DNA of 64,000 bases, from positions 47,120,001 through 47,184,000 of the forward strand of contig CM059427.1 of NCBI GenBank assembly GCA_030390025.1, in the 5' to 3' direction. The stretch comes from Squalus acanthias. Lineage: Eukaryota. The position numbers and the translations under genes are program-made. This document shows positions 13,190-26,612 of the stretch, piece by piece. Positions within the stretch are counted from its first letter, which is position 1. The number at the start of each line of letters is the position of its first letter. The notes under the pieces are model-generated. The model made no database searches. It was not told the DNA's origin and worked only from the letters and a program-made list of their open reading frames with translations.

Positions 13190-14958
13190 ATCCAGGGGAG
13201 TACTAGCTTTAGATGCTCTTCTTTTCCCTCTCGTGTGAATGTGTCTACTCTGTACCCAAAGCATCTCCTCTTTGAAGGCCTCCCATTGCTCAATTACTGT
13301 TTTGCCTACCAAATTTTGATTGCAGTCCACCTGCAAATCACGGAAATTAGCCCTACCCCAATGAAGTATTTTTTTTCCATTTGATTGTTCCTTGTCCTTT
13401 TCCATAACAATTCTAAACCTGATATTATGATCACTGTTCCCCAAATGCTCTCCCACTGAAAAATGCTCCACGTGCAGCACCTTCTCAGAACTAGATCCAG
13501 CACTGCTTCTTTCCTCGTTGGGCTGGAAACACACTGATCAAGGAAGTTCTCTTATACATGTTTCAGGAATTCCTCCCCCCTTTGCCCTTTACACTGTTCT
13601 ATCCCACTCTATATTAGGATAATTGAAGTCCCCCATTATCACTTCTCTGCACTTCTTACATCTTTCTGTAATTTGCCTACAAATTTTCTCCTCTATATCT
13701 TTCCCACTATTTGGTGGCCTGTAGTATACACCCAGTAGCGTAATAGCTCATCTGTTGTTCCTTAATTCTAACCAAATAGAATCTGTCTTTGACCCCTCAA
13801 CTGCATCACCTCTTTCCAGTGCTATAGTTACTGCCACCACACATCACCACCTCCCCACAACTTTTTAATCCTTCCCTATCTTTCCTGAATACCTTGTAGC
13901 TAGGAATATGAAGTTCCCAATCCTCCCCTTCTTTGAGCCAGGTCTCTGTTATCGCCACTTTATCATAGTCCCATGTGATGGCTTGTGCCTGCAACTCACC
14001 AAGCTTATTTACCATGCTATGTGCATTTACGCACATGCACTCCAAACCCATCTTAGATTGCCTCGCGTTTGCCCCTGTCTGATCCCTCCTATTTCTGAAC
14101 TATTCTTTGCTGCTATTTGTCTCTCCCAGTCCTGTGTGCACCTTGTTTCTCCTCTCTAATGTTTCATCCTAGTGCCCATTCCCCTGCCAAATTAGTTTAC
14201 ACCCTTCCCCACAGCACTAGTTAACCTCCCCACGAAGACACTGGCCCCAGCACTGTTGTGATGCAACTCATCCATTTGAACAAGTTCGTCCTGCTCCAGA
14301 ACTGGTTAGCAGGACTAAATGAAATGAAATGAATAAGGAACTGACTTTAGTAGGTTGTATTGCTGGTAACCATGCTGCTCTTCCAGGGAACTATCACAAG
14401 AGCACTTTGGGGGCATCTAATCCCCCAACAGAGTTGCAGGTTTGATTTTTGAGCACTTTGCTAGATCATTAATTTTTCCTTTAATTACTTTCCCTGTCCT
14501 GGATTAATCAAGGGCCAATTATTTGGTACATCATGCTCCATTCAAATTGTGTTATTTATGGATGTGCTCAAAGGTCACTTTGGTAGTTACAGTGACTTAT
14601 TTTGTAGGTTGAACTTCAGCGAGGTGCTGATGCCAAAAATTGGAACTTCAGCTCATAAAAGCTTTCTGAAGTCTTTGTCTTCCTTATTTCTGATTCTGTA
14701 CCCAAATATTAATTGTTTTCTTTATTTACCAAGGAAGAAATAATCCAAAACAAAATCAGTTGTGCTTCTGATTTTTGATTTTTTTGGCAACCATGCATAA
14801 TTCCATTTTATTTTTGAATTGGAAAAATCATTTCTATATTACAAGAAGAAATGATTCAAATCTGGTATCAGTTGTGAAGATCACAGGCATTCAGAAAATT
14901 ATGGAACAGCTATATAAAGTTTGTCAGACACAAATACATTTTTCTATTTATTAACACT

Positions 14959-15701
14959 GGCCTGAATTTTCCGGGGCCTGTGAACGCGTACGCACAGCAT
15001 ACGTGGTCGTAAGTGCCCCGCAAGTTCTGGGTTTCTGCATGAGATGCGCATACGTGAAAACCCGGAACTTGTGATCTGTCAAGATTCAGCTTGACAGATC
15101 GTATGAATCCGAAGGAAATGGACGTTCGCTGGCAGAGAGTTGGGCTATTTGCCCAACTACTGCCCAGCGAATGCCCACAAAACTGAAAGCAGGCATAAGG
15201 CTTTCTTTTGCCAGAGTAAGGGTTTAAATAAATATTAAAATAAAATTTTAAATCATTTAAACATTCAAAAACCTTTAACATTAATTTAGGTTATTTTTGG
15301 CTCCTTTAAAAATGTTTACTTTTTTTTCCAAAAAGTTTAATTTTTGTTTTAAATGTTTAATTAAATTGCATTTTAATTAATTTTAAGTATGTGATGATTT
15401 ATTTTTATTGAGGTTGTGTGAAAATGTATTTTTAGGGGATTCCTATTATACTTACGTAACTGGAATCCCCATATCATTATGGGAATCCCCCTTTTTTGAT
15501 CGGTTGGGCCGGCCCACGTGATCCCAGGGACGCTTGCGAACCACATGCGCCCCTGAGATGCGTGGGCCTTTACACAGTCGTACACCTGCAGGCCCAGGAG
15601 CGCGAGTCTTCGTAGGTCCGGGGCCATCAGGTAAGTACGGATTTTACTTGCGGTTCGGAAGCATTCGCCCGCGGGAAGCCTCCTACTGCAATTTCAGGTC
15701 C
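14959..15701. mobile_element. Non-autonomous Harbinger-type TIR element
   Basis: Termini ggcctgaatttt and (rc) ggacctgaaatt, flanks act/aat; CpG-rich ends around an AT-rich core; right end homologous to the left end of 55959-56982 (cgcaagcgtccctgggatcacgtgggcc). Confidence 0.75.
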
Positions 15702-16286
15702 AATATATACTAGTGATAGCCTGTCACATCGCTGATGGGATGTCATGGGAATGGAACCAAAGCTGCAAAAAAATTGTTAACTAAGTAAAAGTTTGGCATC
15801 AGCAGAGTGGCAGGGCTACAGAGCAGCAGGCCTGAGCCCAACTTGCAGGCACATTAAGTTGACAGCAAATCACGAAGGCAGGCAGGCATGTGCAGCAATA
15901 GGCCTGAGGCACAACATTCAGCTATATTGCAGCTGTAGGAGAATCTGAGGATGGATCAGTGGAGCAGCAGCCCCGAGGACAGAATTTTGCCTGCATTTCA
16001 TTGGTGCATAGAAGACAAAATGCCCAAATATTGGGGGCATTAAGCAGGTGGAGAGTACAGCGTTAAAAATAATACCTTGTAAAAAATATATTGTAAATAG
16101 CAAAATTTAACAACTGAGATGGAATGCCTCTGTGACTGGTTGAAACTGTAGGATGCTGGATGTATCAGTGACCATAAAGATCAAATTATAATTTAACTTG
16201 CATGCAATTTTAGTTTGGAGACAGTTCTAATATCAGTGGTACCCTTCTCTCGGGGAGGCCACCTGTAGTGTGGATTTCAGTTTGTA

Positions 16287-18019
16287 GGCCGCGATTTTAC
16301 AAACCTCGGTTGGGTCCGTGGCGGGCGATGTTGGTGGCGGGTCCCAAACCCGCAGCAGTCTCCATCCCAGCCTCTGAAATGAACTTCCTTTGATTGGGCT
16401 TGTTAAACCCACCCAGCGCGTTTGCCGGCCAATTAGAGGAAGCGGGTCTGGTGAAGTCATTTGATGACGCGTCATCAGCCGATTTCCTGAAAGGGACCAT
16501 GGCCAAATTTAGTTTGACTGTTGTGCTGTCAGTGTTCTACAGCATTGAGGTGCTGCAAACACTGACAAGCACTGCACAGAGGGGCAGCGCTGCACCCAGG
16601 CTCTCCCATGAAACCTTCCATATGCTTATGGAGGGCGTCACAGCACACAGGGAGGTCCTCTTCCCTTCCCTTCCCATGGGCGGAAGAGACCTCCCCAGGA
16701 GATCAACACAGCCTGGTTGCACATTGCAAAGGAGGGCACAAGCAGGGATGTGGTCAGGAGGACCTGGGTGCAGTGCCGCAAACGGTTCAATGATCCCAGT
16801 AGATCACAAAACATTAGTACAAAGCCACACTCAACCTCATCCTGCTGTGCCTCTCATCACATCCTCATCACTCTGCCTTCCCTATCCTGCTCCTGCACAT
16901 CCTTACACCAACTTACCTTGCACCTCCACCCATCCCTCTCTATCTGCATTATCACATCCCCATCTCACTAGTCACCCCACACTCACCCGCATCCTAGTGC
17001 AATCATACCAACTAACAACACACAAGGGTAGCCACCTGGGTGTTTTATCCAATGTTCATGTAAAGTTTCGGTTAATGCGGTATCAACATTGAAACCTTTA
17101 TTTTCAACACTTTGCGTTCTTGGAGAGATTTGTGTGCACCTTTGGAAGTGGCTTAGTGAGTTGCAGTGAATGGTGAGACATAACGGTACCCCCCGCAATG
17201 GTGATGAGTGTGAAAGGAATGGCTTGGGCATTGTAGGGATGCTTTATGGTGTTGGTGTGGGGTGGTGTCAACCTGGTGTATTATGTGGCAGCCAGGGTGT
17301 ACAGCATCAAGTGAAGTAAATCTGGCCTCCCAGGCAGCAATGTGGTCGGGTGCTGATGCCCTGTGTCCTGTGCAGCATCAGTTGATTGCGGAGAAGGTTG
17401 GTGTTGTTGTTGGTGCTGCTGGTGTTGGGGCTGAACGTGGCCGGTTTCTGAGGACCAAGGTGGGAGAGTTTCAAGGGCACCCATGCTGATTGAATAGATG
17501 GCAGGTGAAGTAGAGATGACAGAAGCGATCTGTCAATGGTGGGAGAGGTAATGAGGTCAGACTGGATGGAGACTTGTGTAAAGACTTGCAGGATCCAGAA
17601 TCTGTAGTGGAAATGCAGCTTAGAGAAGCTAGTGGTTAAGGAAACATATCTGAATCAGCTGGGAGCTTTGACGTGACATTTAAAGCTGTCAACTCATCAG
17701 CTGATTCAATGGCCACTGACCTCCCGCCTCATCTTCACAGATGAGGTCTAGGCACAGCGGGAAACCGGTGGGCGATATGTCAAATCCAAAAAGCTGGGGA
17801 AAAACCATTGATAAGTGGCTGTAAACAAGCCACTAATGATTTTAATTGCCTCCCCCGCCGCTGTATGTCGGGTCTGCCCAGCGCTGACAGACCCGTCATT
17901 TGGTAAAGGCGTGTGGCGGCGGGTTCACAGCGGAGTCCCAACCGGCTGGGGGAAAAAAAACACTTTCCCACCCGACCCTCCACCGATCGCGCCCGCTGAC
18001 CCCCGGCAAAATCCAGCCC
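16287..18019 (+). mobile_element. Internally deleted PIF/Harbinger transposon
   Basis: TIRs ggccgcgatttt / (rc) gggctggatttt; 3-bp TSD gta; retains Myb/SANT exon 1 and a probable transposase N-terminus (MGALETL.., minus strand from 17484). Confidence 0.88.
16562..16813 (+). pseudogene. Harbinger Myb/SANT-like DNA-binding protein exon 1 (frameshifted)
   Basis: AAPRLSHETFHMLMEGVTAHREVLFP / AWLHIAKEGTSRDVVRRTWVQCRKRFND matches the Myb_DNA-bind_5/MSANTD pattern. Confidence 0.85.
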
Positions 18020-18988
18020 GTAGTGTGGATTTTAGTTTTTTGGTACTGAGCTGGTCCAGTGTTGCCACATTGGTTTACCTGATATCGGCCTGAAATTGGA
18101 TGTAAAGCAAAATGATGTCTGGACCTTGGCATATCCGTCACAACACCACCTAGCGGCCTCCTAGTAAGTTGTGACTGTCCACCATTTACATTACAAATTT
18201 CAATGATAAAGTCCTGGAATTTCCTTGTAGCTGCTGCCTCTTCACCACTGTAACTTCACTCGAGGTGCAGCGGAAACAATGTTTATGTGCATTTTGGTAG
18301 GAAAAATAAGGAGGCCATCTGCTCCTTGGATAATAAGAGTCTGAATGGGATGGAGGAGCAAATGAATCTAGGGGTACAGATGCACAAATCACTAAGTAGC
18401 AACGCAGGTTAAAAAGGCCATAAAAACACAAACCTTGCACTGGGATAGAACTGAAAACCAGGTAAGTTATGTTAAACCTGAATCGAACCTTGGTTAGACC
18501 ACACTTGGAGTACTGTGCACAGTTCTGATCTCAATATTATAAAAAGGATATAGAGGTATTGGAGAAGGTGCACAAAAGATTCACAAGATTGATACCTGAA
18601 CGGAGGGGATATACTTTTCAGGAAAAGCTGAACAGGCTGGGGCGTGACCTGATAGAGGTCTGCAAGATAATGAAAGGGTTTGATAGGCTAGATGTAAAGA
18701 AAATGATTCCACTTGTGGGGGAGCACAAAACTAGAGGTCATAAATATAAGATAGGCACTAATAAATCCAATAGGGAATTCAGGAGAAACCTCAGTACCCA
18801 AAGAGTGTTAAGAATGTAAAATGCGCTACCACAAGGAGTAGTTGAGGCAAATAGCATAGATACATTTAAGGGGAAACTAGATAAGCACATGAGGGAGAAA
18901 TGATGCGGAGATGCTGGTGTTGGACTGGGGTGGACAAAAGTGAGAAGTCGCACAACACCAGGTTATAGTCCAACAGTTTTATTTGAAA

Positions 18989-19026
18989 TCACAAGCTTTC
19001 GGAGCTGCTGCCCCTTCATCAGGTGA
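18989..19026 (-). ncRNA. Minimal type I hammerhead ribozyme motif (PLE family A)
   Basis: rc: tcac CTGATGA a ggggc agca gctcc GAAA GCT T gtga; stem I tcac/gtga, stem II, palindromic AGCT stem III. Confidence 0.7.
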
Positions 19027-19175
19027 AGTGAAGGAATACGAATCGGCAAAGCATATATAGACAGAGAACAATGCATGTGTAGCGTAGGAGGATTAAATGT
19101 AGTCGTCTGACATTGTACGCTACACATGCATTGTTCTCTGTCTATATATGCTTTGCCGATTCGTATTCCTTCACT

Positions 19176-19213
19176 TCATCTGACGAAGGGGCAGCAGCTC
19201 CGAAAGCTTGTGA
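19176..19213 (+). ncRNA. Minimal type I hammerhead ribozyme motif (PLE family A)
   Basis: tcat CTGACGA a ggggc agca gctcc GAAA GCT T gtga. Confidence 0.7.
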
Positions 19214-20040
19214 TTTCAAATAAAACTGTTGGACTATAACCTGGTGTTGTGCGACTTCTCAATGAGGGAGAAAGGAATAGAAGGATATGCTGATAGGGTG
19301 AGATGAAGAAGTAGGGTGGAGGCTGTTTCTGTGCTGTGCACTCGACGTAAACCGAGTTTTCGCCCCACTTCCAGCAAAGTTAGTGGTTTGAGCGGGTGTA
19401 CTTCTGAAGAAATTCCAGGCCAATTTTTTTTTTTTTTTTTAGATACAGGAATCATATTGTAAGTATTTGCATAACTGTTTCCCTTCTAAATGTTGACATG
19501 GAAAGGGTTACAGGAAGTACAGTTTTATAGACAGGAAGTGCATGTCAGATGCAAGTTTCTTTCTAATATAGATATAGAACTGCTATCTTTACGAGCTGAT
19601 TACTATATGTCTGTTGTTAAAGTAAGCTTTTAATCTGTCATTTTAACTTTTAAGTTATGAAAAAATGTAAACAAAATGCTCCCTTTGTACCTAAATAAAA
19701 GCCTCTTTAAATATGAAAGTATAAGACTGATAGTTATTGCACATATTTCCATTATTGCCTCCAGAGATTCTATACAAATAATTCCTGCTATTTTACAATA
19801 GCAACATGTTATTCTAAATAAATATAAAGCAAATCTTTTCATCTACTTAATATCCAAACATTCAGATTTTGTTTTCCTGCTTTATCTCAGCAGCAGGACT
19901 AAACAGCAGTGTTGTTGATAAAAATATAAAATATTCACTTGCCACTGCCATTACATTAGAGGCACGGTAGCAGTACTTGCTATTCCTCCCCCTCACCACT
20001 ACACTACATGTACTGTACTATACCAAAAGCCAAACTAAAT

Positions 20041-20648
20041 GGGGTTGAAATTGGTATGCATTGTGCTTGTTTTTCATATGTAAAATGGGTATAAAGCATA
20101 CCAATTTAGCAGTGGGATGCCTGCCCCAAATCTGTGCAGGCTTTGGCCGTACTGCTAACTTGGTGAGGGCTTTTTTTTTTGCATCCTAAAACAGGTGTTA
20201 GGACCCTTAAACATGTAAATTAGGAGGCCTAATGCCTGTTGCAGTATCCCTTAAAGAAATTTGTTACTCACTCATGATTCGTCGGCGACCCCCAATGAAA
20301 GGCGGGTGAAATTTTTATATTAAACAAAACGGTCCTGCGGAGTTGAAGGGGCAGGAGTGCGCCCTCAACACAACAAGAGATGTGTTCGCCACCCCCAACC
20401 CCCCCCCCCCCCCCCACAACTCCCCCATCCTGGGACTTACCCGAGGGCTGCTGCCAGCAAGGCAGTCAACCTGATACTGATCTCTTTGTTCAGTCAAACT
20501 GCATGCTGATGAGGCCCCATAAATCCTCGGGCCTCTCGGTTTGGGTGCACATTAGTTGTGCAGTGCCCAGGCTGAGCCTGAAAACTGGTCCAGACCAAAA
20601 TCTAGTGAGTAGGAGCCTGCAGCACAGTATTTCTGAAAATTCAACATT
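20041..20648. mobile_element. Putative old non-autonomous Harbinger-type element
   Basis: Left end ggggttgaaatt fits the local TIR register; degraded right end gaaaattcaaca; GC-richer interior with a poly-C run. Confidence 0.45.
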
Positions 20649-22473
20649 ATTTGTACAAAATTGATGGTCTCTTTCACAGGAACAACAAAGATGCATTTGA
20701 GAAATGGAAATTTACACTGGTGCTTTTCTGCGGTAGTAGTTGAGGCACACTGTGCAGCAAAAAGGATAGAGCATTACTCTGGGGGTAACTGTCAACTTCA
20801 GCAGGGCCTTAAAACTGGTATCAGATTGGCCGCCCAGCTTTATGCCCTCACTGAAGTTGAAAGCCACCCCCTGTGCATCTAGCAATACATGAACTGGAGT
20901 GTTTTGCATGATCAATGAATGTCAAAAGAGGAAAACAAATCTATTTTACATCAATGACAGCTTTCAACTTTATGAGTGTAGGAATTCATAATCAAAAATA
21001 TATTTGAAGAAAATTATGTATGGACACAACTATCATAATGTTTTCAAACAGCATTGTACTGGAGAAAAAGTAGGCACTTGAACTTGAATTCAGAGGGGAA
21101 AACTTTTGAAGAAACTTTAGAAATGGCATTACATGTGCATAGATGTGTCCAAACCTCCTTTGAATGAATTGAACAAACAACAAATTGTCTAACTGTGGCT
21201 CAATTCAAAGCAACTTAACTTTGCATTAGGGTCTAGCATTCAGCTTTGATGCTGAAATAAGAATGAACCAGTTATATTCTCTAATAAGGGAATACTCAGA
21301 TATTGTCTTGTGTTTCAATTGATCTATCTCCTTTCCAATATTGAACATTTAAATTATATAGTGTTGCTTTAGAAGCATGGGGGAACTTCAGAAGTTGAAT
21401 CCAAACACTACAATAAATCTAGCTGGTGCCATAAATTGTACACAAACCATTTCACTGTTCCATAATAGTTATCATAGGCACTTCAGAATGGTACCATTGA
21501 TAATTGGATGCTCCTATCATTTCTTGCATTTGGGGTAGTCAGCAAGTATAGCAGGTGAAAGAACGACTTATAATAGCTTCTGCTAAGGAATGATAATGAT
21601 TAGTCTAGTGTTCCCTTTGCCAATGTTTAGGTCTATTTGAAAGCAAGACAGAAATGTCACAAACACAACTTAAGAAAAAAGAATGGCTTCAAGCTATAAT
21701 CCTGTGACAATGGTGCCCATTTATGGTAAAATTGTTATAGATAGTAATCTGACCATAAAATTCCAAATCATCAAGCATAATCCTATTCCTTTCTCCACAA
21801 TAGATCACAGTACATATCCTAATGGGTCCCATGTCATATTACTTTTTTTCTCTGTACTGAAGCACGTCAGGTAAAGTTACGCCTGTATTTGCTGTGCTAA
21901 CACACCTAAACTTAAATATACTTCACCTATAGTAGAGCCAAGACTGCAATTATACTGCACTATTGATATGAGGCTGGCAGCTATGGAATACAAATTATAG
22001 CTGCCAAGGTCAGAGTTATACTGCAGGCTATGACAGATACATGCACAAAGTTTTGCTGCTCCAGATACTACTTTGTAATGTTTGGCAAGTGCAAGTGACA
22101 GTGCCTGTTGCCTCATAACATTAAAAATGCTCAATCCTAAATGTATATTGTTGCCTGGAAATCCAATGGACTATCTAAGAATTCTGTAAACCCAGTTTCA
22201 CATGAGATTGGAGTTATACTGTCTCCAGTGTGAAGTACAAGTGAGATGAGACTGTCTCTTGAAGCCAGTTTAGGTTCTGTCTGCCAACATGTACTGCCAA
22301 TTTTCCATTGATGAACACCAAATACCATTGATATTCACATTGATACAACTGTAGTGATATAACTACAGCCTAAGCTACTATCAGACTGTTGAATACATGA
22401 ACATGTGGATACCACTCACCATTCAATTACTCTGATACAGCCCAAAATAGCTTAAAATCATAGCAAATCTATT

Positions 22474-22575
22474 GTTCTGACGAAAGGTCATCGTCCTGAA
22501 ATGTTAACTTTGTTTCTCTCTTCACAGAAGCTGCCAGGCCTGCTGGTTATTTCCAGCTTTTTCGGTTTTTAATTA
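22474..22575 (+). mobile_element. Penelope-like family B 3' fragment beginning at a hammerhead motif
   Basis: gtt CTGACGA aaggtcatcgtcct GAAA tgtt aac followed by ctctcttcacagaagctgcc..atttccagc; homologous to 49307-49403. Confidence 0.75.
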
Positions 22576-25500
22576 CAATTTATTTTGTTGGCAATATGGT
22601 GTTAACAATGTTTTGGAAATCTATTATTTTCAATAAACAGTGATGATTTTCCAGGAGTTGTATTTCTACAAATTAATATTATGCATGAGATGTAAATAAT
22701 GTAGATGCTGTAGAGCAAGGTATACTCTTCATCAGAAAATGATGCAAGAGACTTTAGCATGGCTCGGAACTTCAAAAGTTGCAATTACTAACCATGTAAG
22801 ATCAAAGTTGACATAGTGATGTCCCCGAGAAACATCGCTGGGCCACAAGGGATTCCTGTTAAAGAACAGCTAAGGTAGCTGAGGTAGGCAATTCATTAAT
22901 AAGCAATTGTATTCACATGTGACAATGCATTACGACAGATTGAAGCTGTTGTAATGGATTATCTCCAAATTAAGACACAAGAAGATCTCGAGGGGGGGGG
23001 GGGGGGTTCAAGGATAACGGAATTTGGTGCATCGCTGCCTCAATGCAGAAATGCCACAAATCCCTTATGATCTTGCATCCACTGCAGAACATAGGCCTCA
23101 GATGGAAATATGTAGCAAAGCTGATTTGCAAGATATTTGCAGGTCCCAAATGGCCTTGCAACATCACAAAGAAAACACTCCCTTAATTGGTTCATGTACG
23201 TAAAACATTTCCACAGCACTACCTTTCTCACTTCCTTAATTTACTTTCTTACAAAACAGCTTTCTTCAATATTCTTTGATTTGCTTATTATTTTTATTTT
23301 AGTTTCATTTCTACCCTTGCTTATTTTTAATAAGTGGCCTACTTAACTTCATCAACTTCGATGATAGTCCTTTTGTTGTTACACTAGTCTGTTTACTAAT
23401 ACAAAGGCATTGAACAGTATCTCGATCTATAAATAACAATATGTTAATACTTTAACCATAAGCCTGGGTAGTCAAGTAGCTGGGGCAAAGCATTGCTTGA
23501 TAGTCATTGTAATGTAAATTGGTTAAATCTTAAAATAGAAAACACAACAGGCTTGAAGTAATAACAACATAAGAGAGGTGATCAAAAAGTGCGATTGATT
23601 AGTTTACTACTTTATTATACTAATTACCATAAGCCAGAACTAGAGAAAGTACTAAGAAAGCTTTGCATTTTTAACCTTGACAAAATCCATTGAAATCTGT
23701 TTTAAATCCCTGGTGTTTTAATAGTCTCATGCCATGTGATAGTACATTAGAAATACAAATGCTCAGCAAGTCTGTTGACAGTCATACCTCTGGCAGTCTT
23801 TTCCATTTTTTGTTGGGAGTGAGGGTTTCAAGATTAAAAATGAATTACTGCAGTAGGCAACATGACAAGAAAAATAAAACAGCACCAAGCTATGCAGCCT
23901 TTAATGTTAGTGTAAATCATGTGTTGATTAACATTCCAGTGATGAGAACTGAGCTATCTTGAAAACTTTATTCTATATCATCTAAAATAATGGCATTTGA
24001 TTCAGCTCGCAACTAATGAATAACAATATCTCACAGGTGAATAATTCAGAAGGTGAACTTTGCACAGTAGATTCACATGCTATTGCATTCAAGCCACTGC
24101 GCCCCATTTTTATTGTTGAAAATGTTTTCTTAAAATTAAAAAGCACTCGCACCCGTTTTTGTCTGAACTCCAATTGGCAAACAAAAGGAGTAGAAGAAGT
24201 TAATAAAATTGCATCTTGCCTTGGGCAGGATGTTTTTCACATCCACACTTGTGTGCTTATTGGCTTCTGTGGTAGAAGAAAGCACAGAGTGGAGCTCTCT
24301 GCTGCCACTTCTCCTATACAGAACATACCTCCGTGATTTTTCACATATCACAATTTCAGACATAAAACTCTCCCTAATCTAATCTGTATGAAAAATAACA
24401 TCATAATGGGATATAATAATAATCTGGCACTGTGCACTGTTTGAACTCTTGTAGACTATGGAAGATCTTATTGTGCTCAGTGTTAACCCCAGATTCCCCT
24501 CAGTCTCATAAAACTGCACTGTATTACTTTTTATCTTTAGCAATCTGGTTTCTGAAGAACTCATTTAAAGCAATATAGAATTTACCTGCTTTATTAATTT
24601 GTTCAGAAGACTAATTTTCATTAGGTGGAGGTATTTATCAATTAATACTGCATTGTTTTATCATTATGACTGGCAGAGTGAGCTAAGCCAAACAAAGTAA
24701 ATGATTTGAATCAGAAGCTGCTGGATACTAACATTTCAAAGAAACAGTCATCGAAATGGTAATGATTTTTCCAGAAATTCTTGTCACATAAATACTAATG
24801 GGCAAGCACTGGTGTAATAGATGATTAGAAAATGACCACTGTGGGGCAGAATAGCTTTAAACAACTCTAAAATAAATCATTTTACAGGATTTGTCCTGAA
24901 AGAACACGAGCTGCAGATATTAATATTTTAAAATCCTTTCCATCGTAGCTTGTTTTAATAACTGAATATCATGTCACATAACCTATTTAATTACTGTGCA
25001 GAAATTGTGCCATCTAGTCCTTTATTCCCTAAAATCCCCAGGATATAATGTATAATTTTACCATTGCAATACCATAGTTTTCTATTGATATCTTCGGTAC
25101 AATGCCTAGTTCAGTTCACTAAGCTCTCTGTGCAATACTGTACAACCCCATGCTAGTTTATAGCTAGCACTGCAGTGCAGACATCCAAGAGAACTTGTAC
25201 AGAAATGAGGCAAATGCTGGAGAGCGGTGCTAGAGATATAGAGGGAAATAACAGAATACTAAGCACCTCTTTAGATATTAAAGGAGTTACTTCAGATTCT
25301 TAATGTTATAATGCTAATGCAGTTATGTGTACTACCAGAAATTCAGTGAATCAAACACTGCATGCAACACAGAACTGCAAAATAATTGGATTATTTTAAC
25401 TCATACAGTACTGAATGCTACCTTTACAATACCATATTTTCTTCAGATATCAGTAAGATCCTTTTATAAATCTATACTGTGGTTATTATAAAATGAAATG

Positions 25501-26074
25501 AGTGGGAAGAACAGATCTTACCTCATTTTTGAAAATACATATAATCAAACACTTTGTTAACAATTCATTTATTTATTAATCACAGTACTATCAAACCGGA
25601 AAATGAAATGCAAACTCCAGAGCAGTGCTTGTATATGTTTTTAAAAGCAGGGAATTAGAAATATGAGTATGAATTATTTAAGCTTCTAATATTTCTAACA
25701 GATTGTAGAGATGGTGTTACTGTAAGCATCTGTATCATTTACTTGCAATTGCTATACCACAAGTGAAGCACACCACCTAGATAAACCTAAGTCATGACCA
25801 CTGTCTTGAAGTAAAAGCAACAAGAAAAATACGTATATAAAAACAACTAAGCATCATTACGGCAAATTAGCATGGAATAACTTTCAAATTCTGCAAGATT
25901 GATTTAGTGCTGATTGGTGCACTTTTATAAATAAGTAGGGAAAGATAGAACTAATTAACAACTTTCTTGATATTATTATGGATTAACCCTACCCCCCAAA
26001 AAAGTACTGTATAGTGGTTAGGGGTTTATCTGTAGAGCATAGATGCAAGAGTCTATGCATGGATCACCTGTGTA

Positions 26075-26612
26075 AACCTGCCCAATTCTGGGCACCGCAC
26101 TTGTGGAAGGATGTGAAGGCTTTAGAGAGGGTGCAGAAAAGATTTACGAGAATGGTTCCAGGGATGAGGGACTTCAGTTACGTGGATAGACTGGAGAAGC
26201 TGGGGTTGTTTTCCTTAGAGTAGGGAAGGTTGAGAGGAGATTTGATAGAGGTGTTCAAAATCATGAGGCGTCTGGACAGAGTAGAGAGAGAGAAACTGTT
26301 CCCATTGGCAGAAGGGTCGAGAACCAGAGGACACAGATTCAAGGTGATTGACAAAAGAACCAAAGGCGACATGAGGGAAAACTTTTTTATGAAGCAAGTG
26401 GTTAGGATCTGGAATTCATTGCCTGAAAGGGTGGTGGAGGCAGATTCAATCGTGGCTTTCAAAAGGGAATTGGATAAGTACCTGAGGGAAAAAAAATTGC
26501 AGGGCTACAGGGAGACGGCGGGGGAGTGGGACTAGCTGAAGTGCTCTTGCAGAGAGCCGGCATAGGCTCGACGGGCTGAATGGCCTCCTTCTGTGCTGTA
26601 ACCATTCTATGA
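26075..26612 (+). mobile_element. CR1/HER1-type LINE 3' fragment
   Basis: QFWAPHLWKDVKALERVQKRFTRM, RGDLIEVFKIM, WNSLPERVVEADS; tail gggctgaatggcctccttctgtgctgtaaccattctatg. Confidence 0.93.

Larger units (their letters stand above)
7920..14305 (-). mobile_element. Degraded CR1 LINE (ORF1 C-terminus, endonuclease, RT, 3' end), split by an L2 insertion at 9831-13189
   Basis: ORF1 SGNH-like FW..LFK..LH at ~14200-14300; EN motifs CVNAHSMVNK, AITETWL, VFRKDR; RT motifs KSPSPDGMHPR and SCLTNLIEFF..VDVMYMEFQNAFNKVP; C-terminal RLRGDLI; multiple stops and frameshifts. Confidence 0.93.
18901..19261 (-). mobile_element. Penelope-like element family A, palindromic 3' end
   Basis: 146-bp inverted arms 18941-19086 and 19116-19261, extra 40-bp tail 18901-18940, 12-bp TSD atgagggagaaa (18889-18900, 19262-19273); homologous to the GIY-YIG-bearing copy at 42209-42991. 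Confidence 0.92.
18375..19345 (+). mobile_element. CR1 3' fragment interrupted by a Penelope inverted-repeat insertion
   Basis: LVRPHLEYCAQF, KRFTRLIP, DLIEVCKIMKGFDR, TRGHKYK motifs. Confidence 0.9.
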
